Origin: an uncultured Methanomassiliicoccales archaeon
GTDB lineage: Archaea > Thermoplasmatota > Thermoplasmata > Methanomassiliicoccales > UBA472
DNA length: 64,000 nucleotides
Direction: 5' to 3'
NCBI GenBank assembly: GCA_963695345.1
Contig: OY968769.1
Coordinates: 1,664,001-1,728,000 of the forward strand
Made by a program: the position numbers and the translations under genes. Position 1 is the first letter of the stretch. The number at the start of each line of letters is the position of its first letter. Shown one piece after another: positions 42,253-52,459 of this stretch. The notes under the pieces are model-generated. The model did no database searches, had not been told where the DNA came from, and saw only the letters and a list, made by a program, of their open reading frames with translations.

Positions 42253-42690
42253 GTGATCGCCCTACCGGACGAAGTCCTGAAACTTGTAAACAACCCGATG
42301 TCATCGAAGACGATAGCAACAATCAACCCAGAGGGTCGGATTCACACCATTTATATGGGAAGCATGACGGCCCTCTCGTCGAACATGATGGCCTTCGCTC
42401 ACATCCTAATGAAGAGAACGCAGGCGAACCTGGAAGAGATCAAGAAGAATGACGGGCTCGTATCGGTTTTGGTCACCTTGGATCAGGTCTCCTATGAGAT
42501 CATGGCAAAGGTCAGGGACTATGAGAGGTCGGGTCCGGTCTATGACGCAATGATGGATGTTCTAGTGAGGCTGGGTGTGAAAGAAAGTCTCGACAAATAC
42601 GGCATGGAGGTCCACGGTGTATGGATCCTCGACCCGATGGAGGTCTGGAATCAAAGCCCCGGTCCAGGCGCCGGAACCAGGATCATGTAA
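42253..42690 (+). CDS. Pyridoxamine 5'-phosphate oxidase-like FMN-binding protein
   Basis: KTIATINPEG.IH, RTQANL, SYEI, WNQSPGPGAG. Confidence 0.8.
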   Translation: MIALPDEVLKLVNNPMSSKTIATINPEGRIHTIYMGSMTALSSNMMAFAHILMKRTQANLEEIKKNDGLVSVLVTLDQVSYEIMAKVRDYERSGPVYDAMMDVLVRLGVKESLDKYGMEVHGVWILDPMEVWNQSPGPGAGTRIM

Positions 42691-42837
42691 GTTATTATGC
42701 AAGAGATCTGGAATAAAATCAATCAACGATCTACCACTGTCATTGTGGTCAATCAAATTGAATATCTGGCCACTTCGGGCGTGTCAGTTCGTCCCCTTGA
42801 ACGATTCTATTGCGAATTCCACAGTTGAACCAAACGA

Positions 42838-43554
42838 CTATCTGAGGCGACCGCCCTGATACTCGAATTCCTTGGTCGCCGACCTGCTGTACTTTTCGAT
42901 GGAGGTTGGGAACAATCTCGGATACTGGATTTCGTCCAATGGAATGGAGTATAGCGTATCAGGTTTCGTAGGATCCCCACCGAACCCGATGACCACGTAG
43001 ACCTTCTCCGGTCGGTGCATTTTCTGGAACTGCTGATATCTATCCATCTGCCATCTCTCGGCCCATTTGATCTTGCCGTCGTACAGGGTCGATCTGAATT
43101 TGCACTCCACCCAAAAATAATGGCCGCTCGCCTTGTGCTGGAATCGGAAATCCGGGTTCTTCGCCTCTCCGATCTTCCTCCCATATAGGTCGTTCCGGAT
43201 TGTCGTGGCATGGACGACGTCAAAATCCTCTCGAGGGAACAGATTGCACACGAACGCTTCAAAATACTGGCCCTTGGAATAGTTCAGGGTCCACGGGTAC
43301 GGATTTCCGCAGAAGATGCAATATTTGGGCAAGATTACTTCTCCGTTCTTGCCGGTCTTACGTTCCAATACGTTGCCCTCCCTGATCTCCTCCTTGCAGT
43401 TGGGGCACTCTGTTATGAACTCAGATCCGCACCTGCATCGAGTGGGAAGGTCCTCTCCGAATCGGGTCTGAGGATCATCTGGTGTTCTTACATGTCCGCC
43501 CTTGCAAGCAACCAGGGCATCATACGATACAGTTTGACCTTTCGAACAATGCAA
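42838..43554 (-). CDS. DUF2321-like zinc ribbon fused to a PD-(D/E)xK nuclease
   Basis: YD...C..GH, C.CG...ITECPNC, PKYCIFCGNPYPWT; then FE...NPDFRF...WVECKFRS. Confidence 0.75.
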   Translation of the reverse strand: MHCSKGQTVSYDALVACKGGHVRTPDDPQTRFGEDLPTRCRCGSEFITECPNCKEEIREGNVLERKTGKNGEVILPKYCIFCGNPYPWTLNYSKGQYFEAFVCNLFPREDFDVVHATTIRNDLYGRKIGEAKNPDFRFQHKASGHYFWVECKFRSTLYDGKIKWAERWQMDRYQQFQKMHRPEKVYVVIGFGGDPTKPDTLYSIPLDEIQYPRLFPTSIEKYSRSATKEFEYQGGRLR

Positions 43555-43889
43555 TACTATCGATGAAGGACGAGATTATTCTGCCTTAAGGGTTATGACC
43601 CGATTATCATTTACTAACATTGATTATATTGCACTGCTGGTATGTGAAAATTCAAGGGAAATACGACCTTGAAAGCGCTCGATAATTTTGCTCGATATTT
43701 CATGGTCCTCGATTGCACCATCGAAAATCGTTTTTGTTAGATTTCAAAATGAATTATTCTACCCTTTCCAAAGTAAAATAAGCCTACAAAATCACCATCC
43801 ATCCGTCGTCTGGTTGGCAGCCTGTAGAAAGTCAAATATTCCCACACAGCACTGGGCCCTAAACGACCGCTCGAATGTGAAATGATCCC

Positions 43890-44462
43890 ATGGCAGCAAA
43901 TGACGACATCAAGGAAGATTACAAGAGATTGGCAATAGACTGCTTGTTCACTTCACGTGGTCATTTTGCCTCGGCAGAATATTGGGGGTATGTCCGCCTG
44001 GGATTGGGATTGGCGACGACCTTTTTGGCAGCGATCTCCGGTGTCACGACGATCTTCACCGGAGGTGTGGTCCAGATCGTCGGTGGATTGATCGCGTTGT
44101 TGTCTGCGATGCTTGCCGGACTTCTGACCTTCCTTAACCCCGGTGATCAGTTCAAGAACCATCAGGAGGCCGGGATACGCTATGACGAGCTCATGCTGAG
44201 CATTAAATACAGTTGCTTGAATGATTTTGACAGTACGGATCGCAAGGTATTGATCAAAAAGCTGGAAGACTTTACCGATAAAAAGATCAGTTATAATTTG
44301 AAGTATCCAGACATATCGGACCGGTCATTCAATAAGGCAAGCAGGAGCATTGAACACGCAGGTCAAGGGGTCTACAGCGACAAAGTTTACCGGAGTCTTG
44401 GATTCTGCGGCCCTCACGAGCCTCATTGCAGCCCGCTCAATGAGAATGACAATAAACAATGA
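43890..44462 (+). CDS. SLATT-family two-TM protein
   Basis: RGHF.SA..W...LG, two TM helices, LTFLNP....HQEAG.RY..L. Confidence 0.75.
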   Translation: MAANDDIKEDYKRLAIDCLFTSRGHFASAEYWGYVRLGLGLATTFLAAISGVTTIFTGGVVQIVGGLIALLSAMLAGLLTFLNPGDQFKNHQEAGIRYDELMLSIKYSCLNDFDSTDRKVLIKKLEDFTDKKISYNLKYPDISDRSFNKASRSIEHAGQGVYSDKVYRSLGFCGPHEPHCSPLNENDNKQ

Positions 44463-44583
44463 TGGGCGGGAATGCCATTCATTGAAGCCATTCGTCGATC
44501 GATCAGGCAAGGAAAGCAAGGACAACATCTTTTCCCAATGCCGGACAATGGTATCGTAAAGACCGCAATTAAATCGATTTGCT

Positions 44584-45270
44584 CTAGTAAAACCATCCTT
44601 CCAGATTCTGTTTGACGCTATCAAAGGTCCTTTCCAGAAGATAGGTGTCGCTGTGGAGCGCCTCTTCGATCCTGAATACACCCGGCCTTACCGCCTTGAG
44701 CTGATCGCACGAGGTCACGATCTCCGGGACATCCCTGGACCCGTAGATGATGATGGATCTGGAATTATCCCTGTCTTGCCACCGAGGGATCTTTGCCAGG
44801 ATATCAAAGACCCGGCCCGGGCTGTCCGTGCGGACGCGATATCCCCTAAGCTTCTTGAGCAGTTCCTCAGTTCTCGCTCCATAGGACCCATCCAGCGGGG
44901 GTGAGATCCCTATGGCGAAATCCGCGCTGCTCATGAGCGAGAGGCGTCCTCCCAACGAGTGGCCTATCGCGACCACCTTGCCGAATTCCCGGGCATGGCT
45001 TATGGCCAGTTCAACATCCTGCTGCACATGTTCGTCCAGTTCATTCGGATGTTGTCCGTGTCCCCTGAGATCTATGGCATAGGTGACAAGACCGGCATCA
45101 GCAACCCGCATTGCCAGTCCAAGCTGCTCCTCTTTGCATCCGCCATATCCGTGAGTGACGACCGCAGCTCCCACCGGTCTCTCTGGAGTTATCCTGATGG
45201 CCGGGACCTTCAGGTCCACGGTTTCGATGACCATCGGCTCGATCTTCATCCGATCACACACATTCTCCAA
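44584..45270 (-). CDS. Alpha/beta hydrolase
   Basis: HGYGG, DLRGHG, GHSLGG nucleophile elbow, GSRD, C-terminal His. Confidence 0.88.
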   Translation of the reverse strand: MENVCDRMKIEPMVIETVDLKVPAIRITPERPVGAAVVTHGYGGCKEEQLGLAMRVADAGLVTYAIDLRGHGQHPNELDEHVQQDVELAISHAREFGKVVAIGHSLGGRLSLMSSADFAIGISPPLDGSYGARTEELLKKLRGYRVRTDSPGRVFDILAKIPRWQDRDNSRSIIIYGSRDVPEIVTSCDQLKAVRPGVFRIEEALHSDTYLLERTFDSVKQNLEGWFY

Positions 45271-45610
45271 CCGGTATTACCTAGATGGTCAAGAATCTTG
45301 TCCATTACCCTCGTTCAGGATCGTCCAGTAAGATAGTGGATCGCCGCTTGAATGCCATATGTTCCCCTTAATTCACATATGGTTTCATCATTGTCAAGAT
45401 TCATCGAATACCATTTTCCGAGTATTACAATAAAATACCATTTACTTCAAAACGTATTTCTAATCGATATTCCATTGAACGAAATGTGGGATCCCCGTGG
45501 ACCTTCTCCAACTTCCCCACCATATTTACTAGATTTGCGGGGATTCTCATCCTCTTCGACCTTGATCCGATCTTTTCGGTCCATAGTTATCAGGCATGCG
45601 CAGTCATTCT

Positions 45611-46717
45611 CTATCTCATGGCTTTCAGGTCGACCTTCGATTGGATCCCCTGCACTATGCGGATATCCTTCTTCAGGGATTCCACCAATGCCGATCCATT
45701 CTCCGCAGTGAGCCTCAGCCTCTCCGCGCGATAATCGGCCGTCGACTTCCCTTTCCATTCTCCCATGATGCGGATGCCGACCGGTTTGAGTGACAACGAA
45801 CCGAAATAGACCGCCGCGTCATGCAGGAACTCTACCAGCAGCCACGGGTCAAAGGGTAGATGGCTGGGGATGTCCGAAGGGTACTTGATCATCAGGGTGG
45901 GCAGCTTGGCGGCGTAGGTCTGGACCCTTGCCTTGTCGTCCGCGGTAAGGAACAATAGGTCCATCCGCTGTTCTCCGGAATGGGCTCCCAGTGCCCGGGC
46001 GATCTCCCCGTCGCGCTGCTCCTTGTCCGCCACATAGGTCCCTCCGGCCACCCGCCATAGGTTGTAGTGCTCCTCCAGCACACCCTCCTCCGCCTGGGCG
46101 TTCAGCGCCTTCCGTGCGCTCTTCATCGAGCAATTGACCATCCCTCCCACTGTCGAGGGGTTGCGGACCGCCCTCTTCAGCGCTTCGATGTCCTGATGGC
46201 TGTACTTCCCGGCCTTCTCCACCATCTCCCGCTCCACCAGGTCCGGGATCAACACCTGCACCTTGGAGGGGTCGAAGTCGCTGATACCGCAGCCCTCGCT
46301 GTGGTACATCAGTCGGCTGAACAGACGCCGGTAGGCGATGTTCGTGTCGATGGCGAACGATTCTTGCTTCGGGTAGCGGTAGGGGTCGCTCTTCCTCTTC
46401 TCCGACTTCCTGATCTCCGCCATCAGCTCGTTCAGGTTCTCCGGGGGGACCAGGAGCGAGCTGTATAGCGCCTCCTTGAGGTCGTTGTAGTCGGGCAGGT
46501 CGGCCGCCATGATGTCATTCAGCCTCGACCGCAGCTCTGGCAATACGGCATCGAAATCATGTCCATTGGCCACGCTGACTATCTCTCCGTGCTCCAGGTC
46601 GAGGTGCATCAGCGAAATTCCCAGGATGTCCGAGAAGACCTCGATGTTGCCGCGCTTCGACAGCATCAGCTCGTTCAGGACCGCCATGAGCATGTCCTTT
46701 CCCACAACGGAGTCCAA
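45611..46717 (-). CDS. PIN-domain protein (putative RNase toxin) with N- and C-terminal extensions
   Basis: FAIDTNI, V.REM, RDGEI, FLTADD acidic quartet. Confidence 0.8.
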   Translation of the reverse strand: MDSVVGKDMLMAVLNELMLSKRGNIEVFSDILGISLMHLDLEHGEIVSVANGHDFDAVLPELRSRLNDIMAADLPDYNDLKEALYSSLLVPPENLNELMAEIRKSEKRKSDPYRYPKQESFAIDTNIAYRRLFSRLMYHSEGCGISDFDPSKVQVLIPDLVEREMVEKAGKYSHQDIEALKRAVRNPSTVGGMVNCSMKSARKALNAQAEEGVLEEHYNLWRVAGGTYVADKEQRDGEIARALGAHSGEQRMDLLFLTADDKARVQTYAAKLPTLMIKYPSDIPSHLPFDPWLLVEFLHDAAVYFGSLSLKPVGIRIMGEWKGKSTADYRAERLRLTAENGSALVESLKKDIRIVQGIQSKVDLKAMR

Positions 46718-47192
46718 TCATCTCACCTCCCGCAGGAACTCATGGTCGTGCTGCACCGAGAGCGGGATGGTGATGTAGGGGCGGGCGGCGTTCCTCAAAG
46801 ATTCGATGTACAGGTAGAATATGTGATCGAACAGGTTCCGGTTCATTCCCGGTACGACCGCCCCCATGACCAGCGACTTTGTTCCCGGGGTCACGTCCAG
46901 GGCCAGGATATTGCCCCGACCCTTCTCCCCCTCGGCGATCTCCTTGACCTTCGACGCGATCTCCTTGATCATGTCCCCCTTCAGCGGCACGATCTCGATC
47001 TCATGGTGCTCCCCGTACTCCGCCAGGAGGGTCGCCAAGCATCGTCCTGACCTGTTCTGCGAGAGGCATCTGGCATCCGTCGGTGATGATGTAGACCTTT
47101 TCCGGAACGTAGTCATGCGTCCTGATCATCGCCCAGACCGAGTTGAACAGCCCCCAGCCGCTCCGGCCCAGCAGGGTGATCAGGACGTTCAT
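46718..47192 (-). CDS. Stand-alone CARF-fold protein (frameshift near 47037)
   Basis: N-terminal ITLLGRS strand/loop; ALDVTPGTKSL matches the CARF D-x-T-x-G-x-K motif; HIFYL. Confidence 0.7.
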
Positions 47193-48139
47193 GCCATCAG
47201 ACCCCGAACAAGAGCCTTCCTGATGCGTTCCTGCGTCTCCTGCGCCGGCGCGGTGGTGTTCACCAGATGGACCCGGACGTTGGACAGCAGCCTGGAGAAG
47301 AACTCGTAGCGGATGGCCATCTTGCGCTTGTCCCGGACCAATTGATGGGGGTTGCAGAAATCGTTCAGACGGAGATATTCGAGGGCCGCCTCAGGCTCCA
47401 GCTCGGTGACCAGGTTCGGGTCGCCGGGGTCCCGCTTCAGCAGTATGACGTCATACAGTGTGGTCAGCGGTATGACCGAGCCCTGACCGGCGATCCAGCG
47501 GACGTTCACCACCGCCCGCTGCTGTTTGTCGAACACCGCCTTCTCCACCAGCGCCCGGTACTCCGGCCAGGCCTTGCCGATGTCGGCGTCGATGTAGCAG
47601 TTCTTCTCCGAGCCGTAGGCCACTGGCCGTCCGGTGAACGGCCGCACGTAGTACCAGTCGTCGGTCACCAGCCGGGCATCCTTCATCCGAAGAAGTCCCC
47701 AGGAGTGGGTCGTCTTCCCTGTCTTGGAAGGGGCGATCAGCGACACCCCATGACCGGCGATGTCCATGGAGGCTCCGTGCACCGAATGGATGTGGTGCTC
47801 GTCCTCCAGGAGGTCGCCGGCCACGGCCAGCGCGATGCTCTTCACCCACCCGTAGTAGTCGAAGTTGAACAGGAAGGCGGTCTTGGCCACCGGTTCGTAA
47901 AGGACCTTCATCCCCTCGCCCGGGAGGTCGATCATGACCACCCGTCCATGCGAGCGAACGCTCTCCGACATGGTGTAGAAATTGTCCTCCCACATCTCCT
48001 TCATCTGGCGGTTGGTGGTCAGGAGCTTGATGCAGCAGCCGTACACCTCGGATTTGATCGAGTAGAAGTTGATGCCGGAGTACTTCTCGTACAGCCGGTC
48101 CTTTTCCTCCGGGGTGATGATCCTGACCTCGTATGGCAT
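47189..48139 (-). CDS. HPr kinase / PEP carboxykinase-like P-loop protein
   Basis: HGA, APSKTGKTT Walker A, LVTDDW, GSEKNCY. Confidence 0.8.
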   Translation of the reverse strand: MPYEVRIITPEEKDRLYEKYSGINFYSIKSEVYGCCIKLLTTNRQMKEMWEDNFYTMSESVRSHGRVVMIDLPGEGMKVLYEPVAKTAFLFNFDYYGWVKSIALAVAGDLLEDEHHIHSVHGASMDIAGHGVSLIAPSKTGKTTHSWGLLRMKDARLVTDDWYYVRPFTGRPVAYGSEKNCYIDADIGKAWPEYRALVEKAVFDKQQRAVVNVRWIAGQGSVIPLTTLYDVILLKRDPGDPNLVTELEPEAALEYLRLNDFCNPHQLVRDKRKMAIRYEFFSRLLSNVRVHLVNTTAPAQETQERIRKALVRGLMA

Positions 48140-48186
48140 GGCCCATGATAGCGTGCGCTCTCCAAATCAATGTAACGGGTGTTCCG

Positions 48187-49763
48187 TCACTCCTTGAAAC
48201 CGTTGACGCCTTCCTTCATGAGCTTGTACTCGATGCTGTCGAGCAGCGCCATCAGCGACGCCTCGATGATGTTGCCGGAAACGCCTATCGTGGTCCAGGA
48301 GTGCTTCCCGTCCGTCGAGCGGATCAGAACGCGGACCTTGGCCGCGGTGGCGTCCTTGCCGTCGATGACCCGCACCTTGTAATCGATGAGCCGAACCTCG
48401 GCAAGCACCGGGTAGAAGCGCAGCAGCGCCTTTCTCAGCGCCCGGTCCAGCGCGTTCACCGGCCCGTTGCCGTCCGCCGCCGTGTGCTCCACCGTGCCAT
48501 CGCTGTCGACGACCCGGATCGAGGCTTCGCTGATGGTGTTCCTGGTGGAGACGTCCATGAACAGCCGGAACCCTTCCACCTTGAAGGGGGCGGTCTGCTG
48601 GTCCTTCAGCCGGCGGATGAACAGTTCCAGCGACGCTTCCGCCGCCTCGAACTGGAATCCTTCCGCCTCCATGTCCTTCATCTTCTCCAGTATGGAGCGG
48701 CCGCCGTCCTTCTCGGTCTCGATGCCCAGCTCCTTGGCCTTGGCCAGGATGGACGATGTGCCGGAAAGCTCAGAGATCAGTATGCGCCGCTCGTTGCCGA
48801 CCAGGGTCGGGTCGATGTGCTCGTAGGTCCGGCTCTCCTTGAGTATGGCCGAGACGTGCATGCCGCCCTTGTGCGCGAAGGCGCTCCTGCCCACGTAAGG
48901 AAGCCGGGGATCGGGCGATATGTTGGCCATCTCCCCCACGAAACTGGACAGCGCGGTCAGGCTGGACAGCTTGGTGACGTTCGTCTGCGCCTTCATCTTC
49001 AGGACGAGGCTGGGTATGATGGAGCACAGGTTGGCGTTGCCGCAGCGCTCGCCCAGTCCGTTGATCGTGCCTTGGACCATGGTGACCCCGGCCTGGACCG
49101 CGGCCATGGAGTTCGCCACCGCCATCTCGCAGTCGTTGTGGGCGTGTATGCCCAACGGCGTATCGAATCGGGCCCGCACCTGTTCGACCGCCTCGGTCAC
49201 CTCGGACGGGAACGTCCCTCCGTTGGTGTCGCACAGGACGAGCCATTCGGCCCCGGCGTCCCTGGCGGCCGCCAGCACCTTCATCGCGTACTCGGGGTTG
49301 TCCTTCCACCCGTCGAAGAAATGCTCCGCATCGAAGATGACGTGCTTGCCCGAACTGGATCAGGAAACCGACCGTGTCGGAAACGATCTCCAGGTTCTCC
49401 TCCAGCGAGACCCCCAGAGCCTTGGTGGCGTGCAGGTCCCAGGTCTTGCCGAAGATGCATACCCATTCGGTGTTCGCTTCCAGCAGCGACCTCATGGTGA
49501 CGTCGTCCTTGGCCGGGACCCCGGCCTTCCGGGTCGAGCCGAAGGCCACCAGTTTGGAGTGCTTCAGATCGGCCTGTCTCCGCCGCCTTGAAGAACGCCT
49601 TGTCCTTCGGGTTGGAACCGGGATACCCGCCCTCCACGAAGTCTATGCCGAACGCGTCCAGACGCTGAAGTATCTCCAGTTTGTCCTCGGTCGAGAACGA
49701 GACCCCTTCGGTCTGGGCGCCATCTCTGAGGGTCGTGTCGAACAGACTAACTTGTCGACCCAA
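48187..49763 (-). CDS. cimA: Citramalate synthase (two frameshifts, near 49350 and 49575)
   Basis: DTTLRDGAQTEG, EGGYPGSNPKD, LCDTNGG, HAHND, GERCGNANL, AFAHKGGMH, GNGPVNALD. Confidence 0.92.
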
Positions 49764-49813
49764 TAAAACAATCCCTTCTTGTTTCGTTGTAAGCCATGTG
49801 GAACCCTACCGTG

Positions 49814-50861
49814 TTAGGCCGTGTCTATGCGGAGCCCGATATTTAATCTCTGTGAGATACTGCCCCGCCTCTCCCGCATGACCGCATAGATGTCGCTCAT
49901 GACCGCGCTGCTGGTCTCCGCGCGTCCAGCGCCTCTCCCGGCCACGGTGATCTCCCCGGCCAGGTCGGTCTGGATGCTGAAGGTGTTCAGCGTTCCGCCG
50001 ATGGATAGCGGATGCCCGACCGGTATCAGCCTGGGGGACACCTCTCCTCCGCGCTCGGTCACCTCTCCGATCAGCCTTACGACCTTCTTGTCCTGGCCGG
50101 CCAGATTGACCGCGGCCAGGTTGATGCCCCTGATGCCCGTCCGGGCCACGTCGTTGACCGTGATGTCCTTGCCCATGATGGCATTCGCCAGGATGGCGAC
50201 CTTGCAGGCCGAGTCGATACCGTCGATATCGTACGAGGGGTCGGTCTCCGCGTATCCCATCTGCTGCGCCTCCCTCAGGGCCGGTTCGAACTGCATCCCC
50301 TCGGTCTCCATCCGGTTCAGGATGAAATTGCAGGTGCCGTTCATGATGCCCCGGATGGAGAAGATGGTCTCGCAGACCAGCAGCTCCGACGCCAGGTTTA
50401 TGACCGGTGTGGCTCCGCCCACCGACGCCTCGAAGCGCAGCCGGGCATCGTTCTTCTTGGCCAGTTTGGATATCTCCTGGAACTTAAGGGCCAGGGGTCC
50501 TTTGTTCGAGGTCACCACATCGTGGCCCGCGCGACAGCGCCGCCTTTATGTGGCCCAACCCGGGCTGGCCGTTCTTGATGTTGGTGGGGGTCATCTCCAC
50601 CAGCGTATCATATTCGATCTTTGGCAGGATGTCCTTGATGTCCTCGCTCAGTCTCTTGCCCAGTTTCCCCTTGACCATCTTGCCCCGCACAAGCTCCAGG
50701 GGGTCCAATCCGGACTTGTTTAGGGAATATGAACTGGAATCGAAGGCCCCTACGATGCGGACATTCTCCCCCAGGGTCCTCTCGAGCAATGCGTTCTTCT
50801 TGGCGATCGCCTCCGCCACTCCCTGACCGACGGTGCCGAATCCCACTAGAACGACGTCCAT
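49814..50861 (-). CDS. hom: Homoserine dehydrogenase (frameshift near 50530)
   Basis: GFGTVG, VTSNKGP, EASVGGATP, NGTCNFIL, GYAETDPSYDIDGID, GAGRAET. Confidence 0.93.
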
Positions 50862-50862
50862 T

Positions 50863-51357
50863 TCAATCACCGAACCCACGGATGACGATGTACCCTGCCC
50901 GCTTCGCCCTCTCGTTGATGAACTTGTTCGCCTTCTTGATCACGTCTTTGTTGCGGACCTTGCCGGATAAAAGCGCGGCCTTGTCCTTGGCCCCTGAAAC
51001 GGAGTACCTGATGTCTATCGATTCCACTTCCCCTATGGCCTGGATGCCTTCGATGATCTTCCTGACCTCGGCGGGAGGCAGTTCACCGACGATCACATAG
51101 TCGAGCCGGAAGGTCTCGAACAGGTGGTCGATCTTCAGGACATCGACATCCTTTTCCTTCCATTCTCCGAATATGTTGTCCAGGGCCTTCTGGTTCCCGA
51201 CCTCGAAGGTCAGGTTGATGGCTATCTTGCCTCCGCTCACCTTGTCATGGCGGTGCACCACGCTCCTGATGTTGCCATCATTCTTCGATATCGGTTCCAG
51301 TGCCGCTATGAGCTGTCCTGGGACGTCCTTGAGCTGGATGTCTACGTTGACACGCAT
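50863..51357 (-). CDS. ACT-domain protein upstream of hom
   Basis: LKDVPGQL...GNIRSVVH. Confidence 0.85.
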   Translation of the reverse strand: MRVNVDIQLKDVPGQLIAALEPISKNDGNIRSVVHRHDKVSGGKIAINLTFEVGNQKALDNIFGEWKEKDVDVLKIDHLFETFRLDYVIVGELPPAEVRKIIEGIQAIGEVESIDIRYSVSGAKDKAALLSGKVRNKDVIKKANKFINERAKRAGYIVIRGFGD

Positions 51358-51614
51358 TAGAATTCCTCAATCCTGTCGGGAGTGTTCTAATAACACGGTT
51401 CAAATAATTCAACTTCTCCACTCCCTTTACAGACTTTTTATCAGGAGAACCACCGAAGAAACCTTGGAATCGGCCTTGATAATTATCAGAATTGATTCCG
51501 AGGATGGTGCCTTTTTAGTATCGTATCATAATCTGATAACATCAGGGAATTACGTTTCAGGGACGCAATTACACCCGTCCAGGAAGACGAATTCCCACCG
51601 CTGGACTTGATAGG

Positions 51615-52430
51615 ATGAGCAGCTCGATGTTGTCGCAAGGAGGGTCGGAGGAAAGCTCCCTCACAGGGAGGTGCGGACCGAAGGTTCTCGCAATGCGTAG
51701 GAGGAGGAGCCTGACCATCAAGGCCGAGGTCGGACAGACCCGGTTGGACCTTTATCTGGACGGTGTACCGTCCATCGAGGAGACGGAGATCGGGGAGCGA
51801 TCCGCCGAAAAGGAATGGAGAACCACCATCGGCACCATGCTGAGGCACGATCTCCTGAACAAACTGACAGTGGCCCAGGGAGGCCTGGAGCTCTTTGACC
51901 GCTCTTCGGACATGAAGTTCCTGGCGATCACCAGAAGGAACCTCGAGGCATGCGGCGAGATCGTCGGAAGGATATCGACCCTGGAGAAGGCGGTCGCATC
52001 CACCACGCTCACCCCGATCGATGTAGGCAGCATTGCCCGGAACGTGATGTCCAACCACCAAGGACTGGGGATCGGCCTGGAAGTGCGCGGACGGGGCACG
52101 GTCCTGGCCGATGCGGCGCTGCACAATGTCCTGGACAATCTGGTCTCGAACTCGATCAAGCACGCGATCCCATCCAAGGTACGGATCGACATAGAAGAGA
52201 ACGGAGAGGCCGTTCTGATCAGGATCGCCGACGACGGCATCGGCATACCCGAGGAAGCGCGGGGGAGCCTGTTCCAAGAGGGGTTCAAGTACGGACCGAA
52301 TGGGAACACCGGCCTCGGACTGTTCATCGTCAGTCGTCTGGTGCAGCGTTACGGCGGCAAGATATGGCTTGACGAGAGCGTTTCTGAAGGAACCGCTTTC
52401 TGCATAGAACTGGCCAACGCGAACTGCTGA
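51615..52430 (+). CDS. Histidine kinase (HisKA + HATPase_c) with no recognisable sensor domain; start uncertain
   Basis: H-box LRHDLLN, N-box NLVSNSIKHA, G1 DDGIGIP, G2 GNTGLGL. Confidence 0.88.
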   Translation: MSSSMLSQGGSEESSLTGRCGPKVLAMRRRRSLTIKAEVGQTRLDLYLDGVPSIEETEIGERSAEKEWRTTIGTMLRHDLLNKLTVAQGGLELFDRSSDMKFLAITRRNLEACGEIVGRISTLEKAVASTTLTPIDVGSIARNVMSNHQGLGIGLEVRGRGTVLADAALHNVLDNLVSNSIKHAIPSKVRIDIEENGEAVLIRIADDGIGIPEEARGSLFQEGFKYGPNGNTGLGLFIVSRLVQRYGGKIWLDESVSEGTAFCIELANANC

Positions 52431-52459
52431 TCCTTGGGTCAGGCAGTCGATTCTTTTAC

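Noticed and set aside
45270-47192. CRISPR array or cas locus near the CARF gene
   Set aside because: No regularly spaced direct repeats and no cas genes recognised anywhere in the window.
41926-48139. Integrated provirus or mobile element at tRNA-Trp
   Set aside because: No integrase, transposase or viral genes, and I found no duplicated tRNA 3' end by eye. Described only as an accessory islet.
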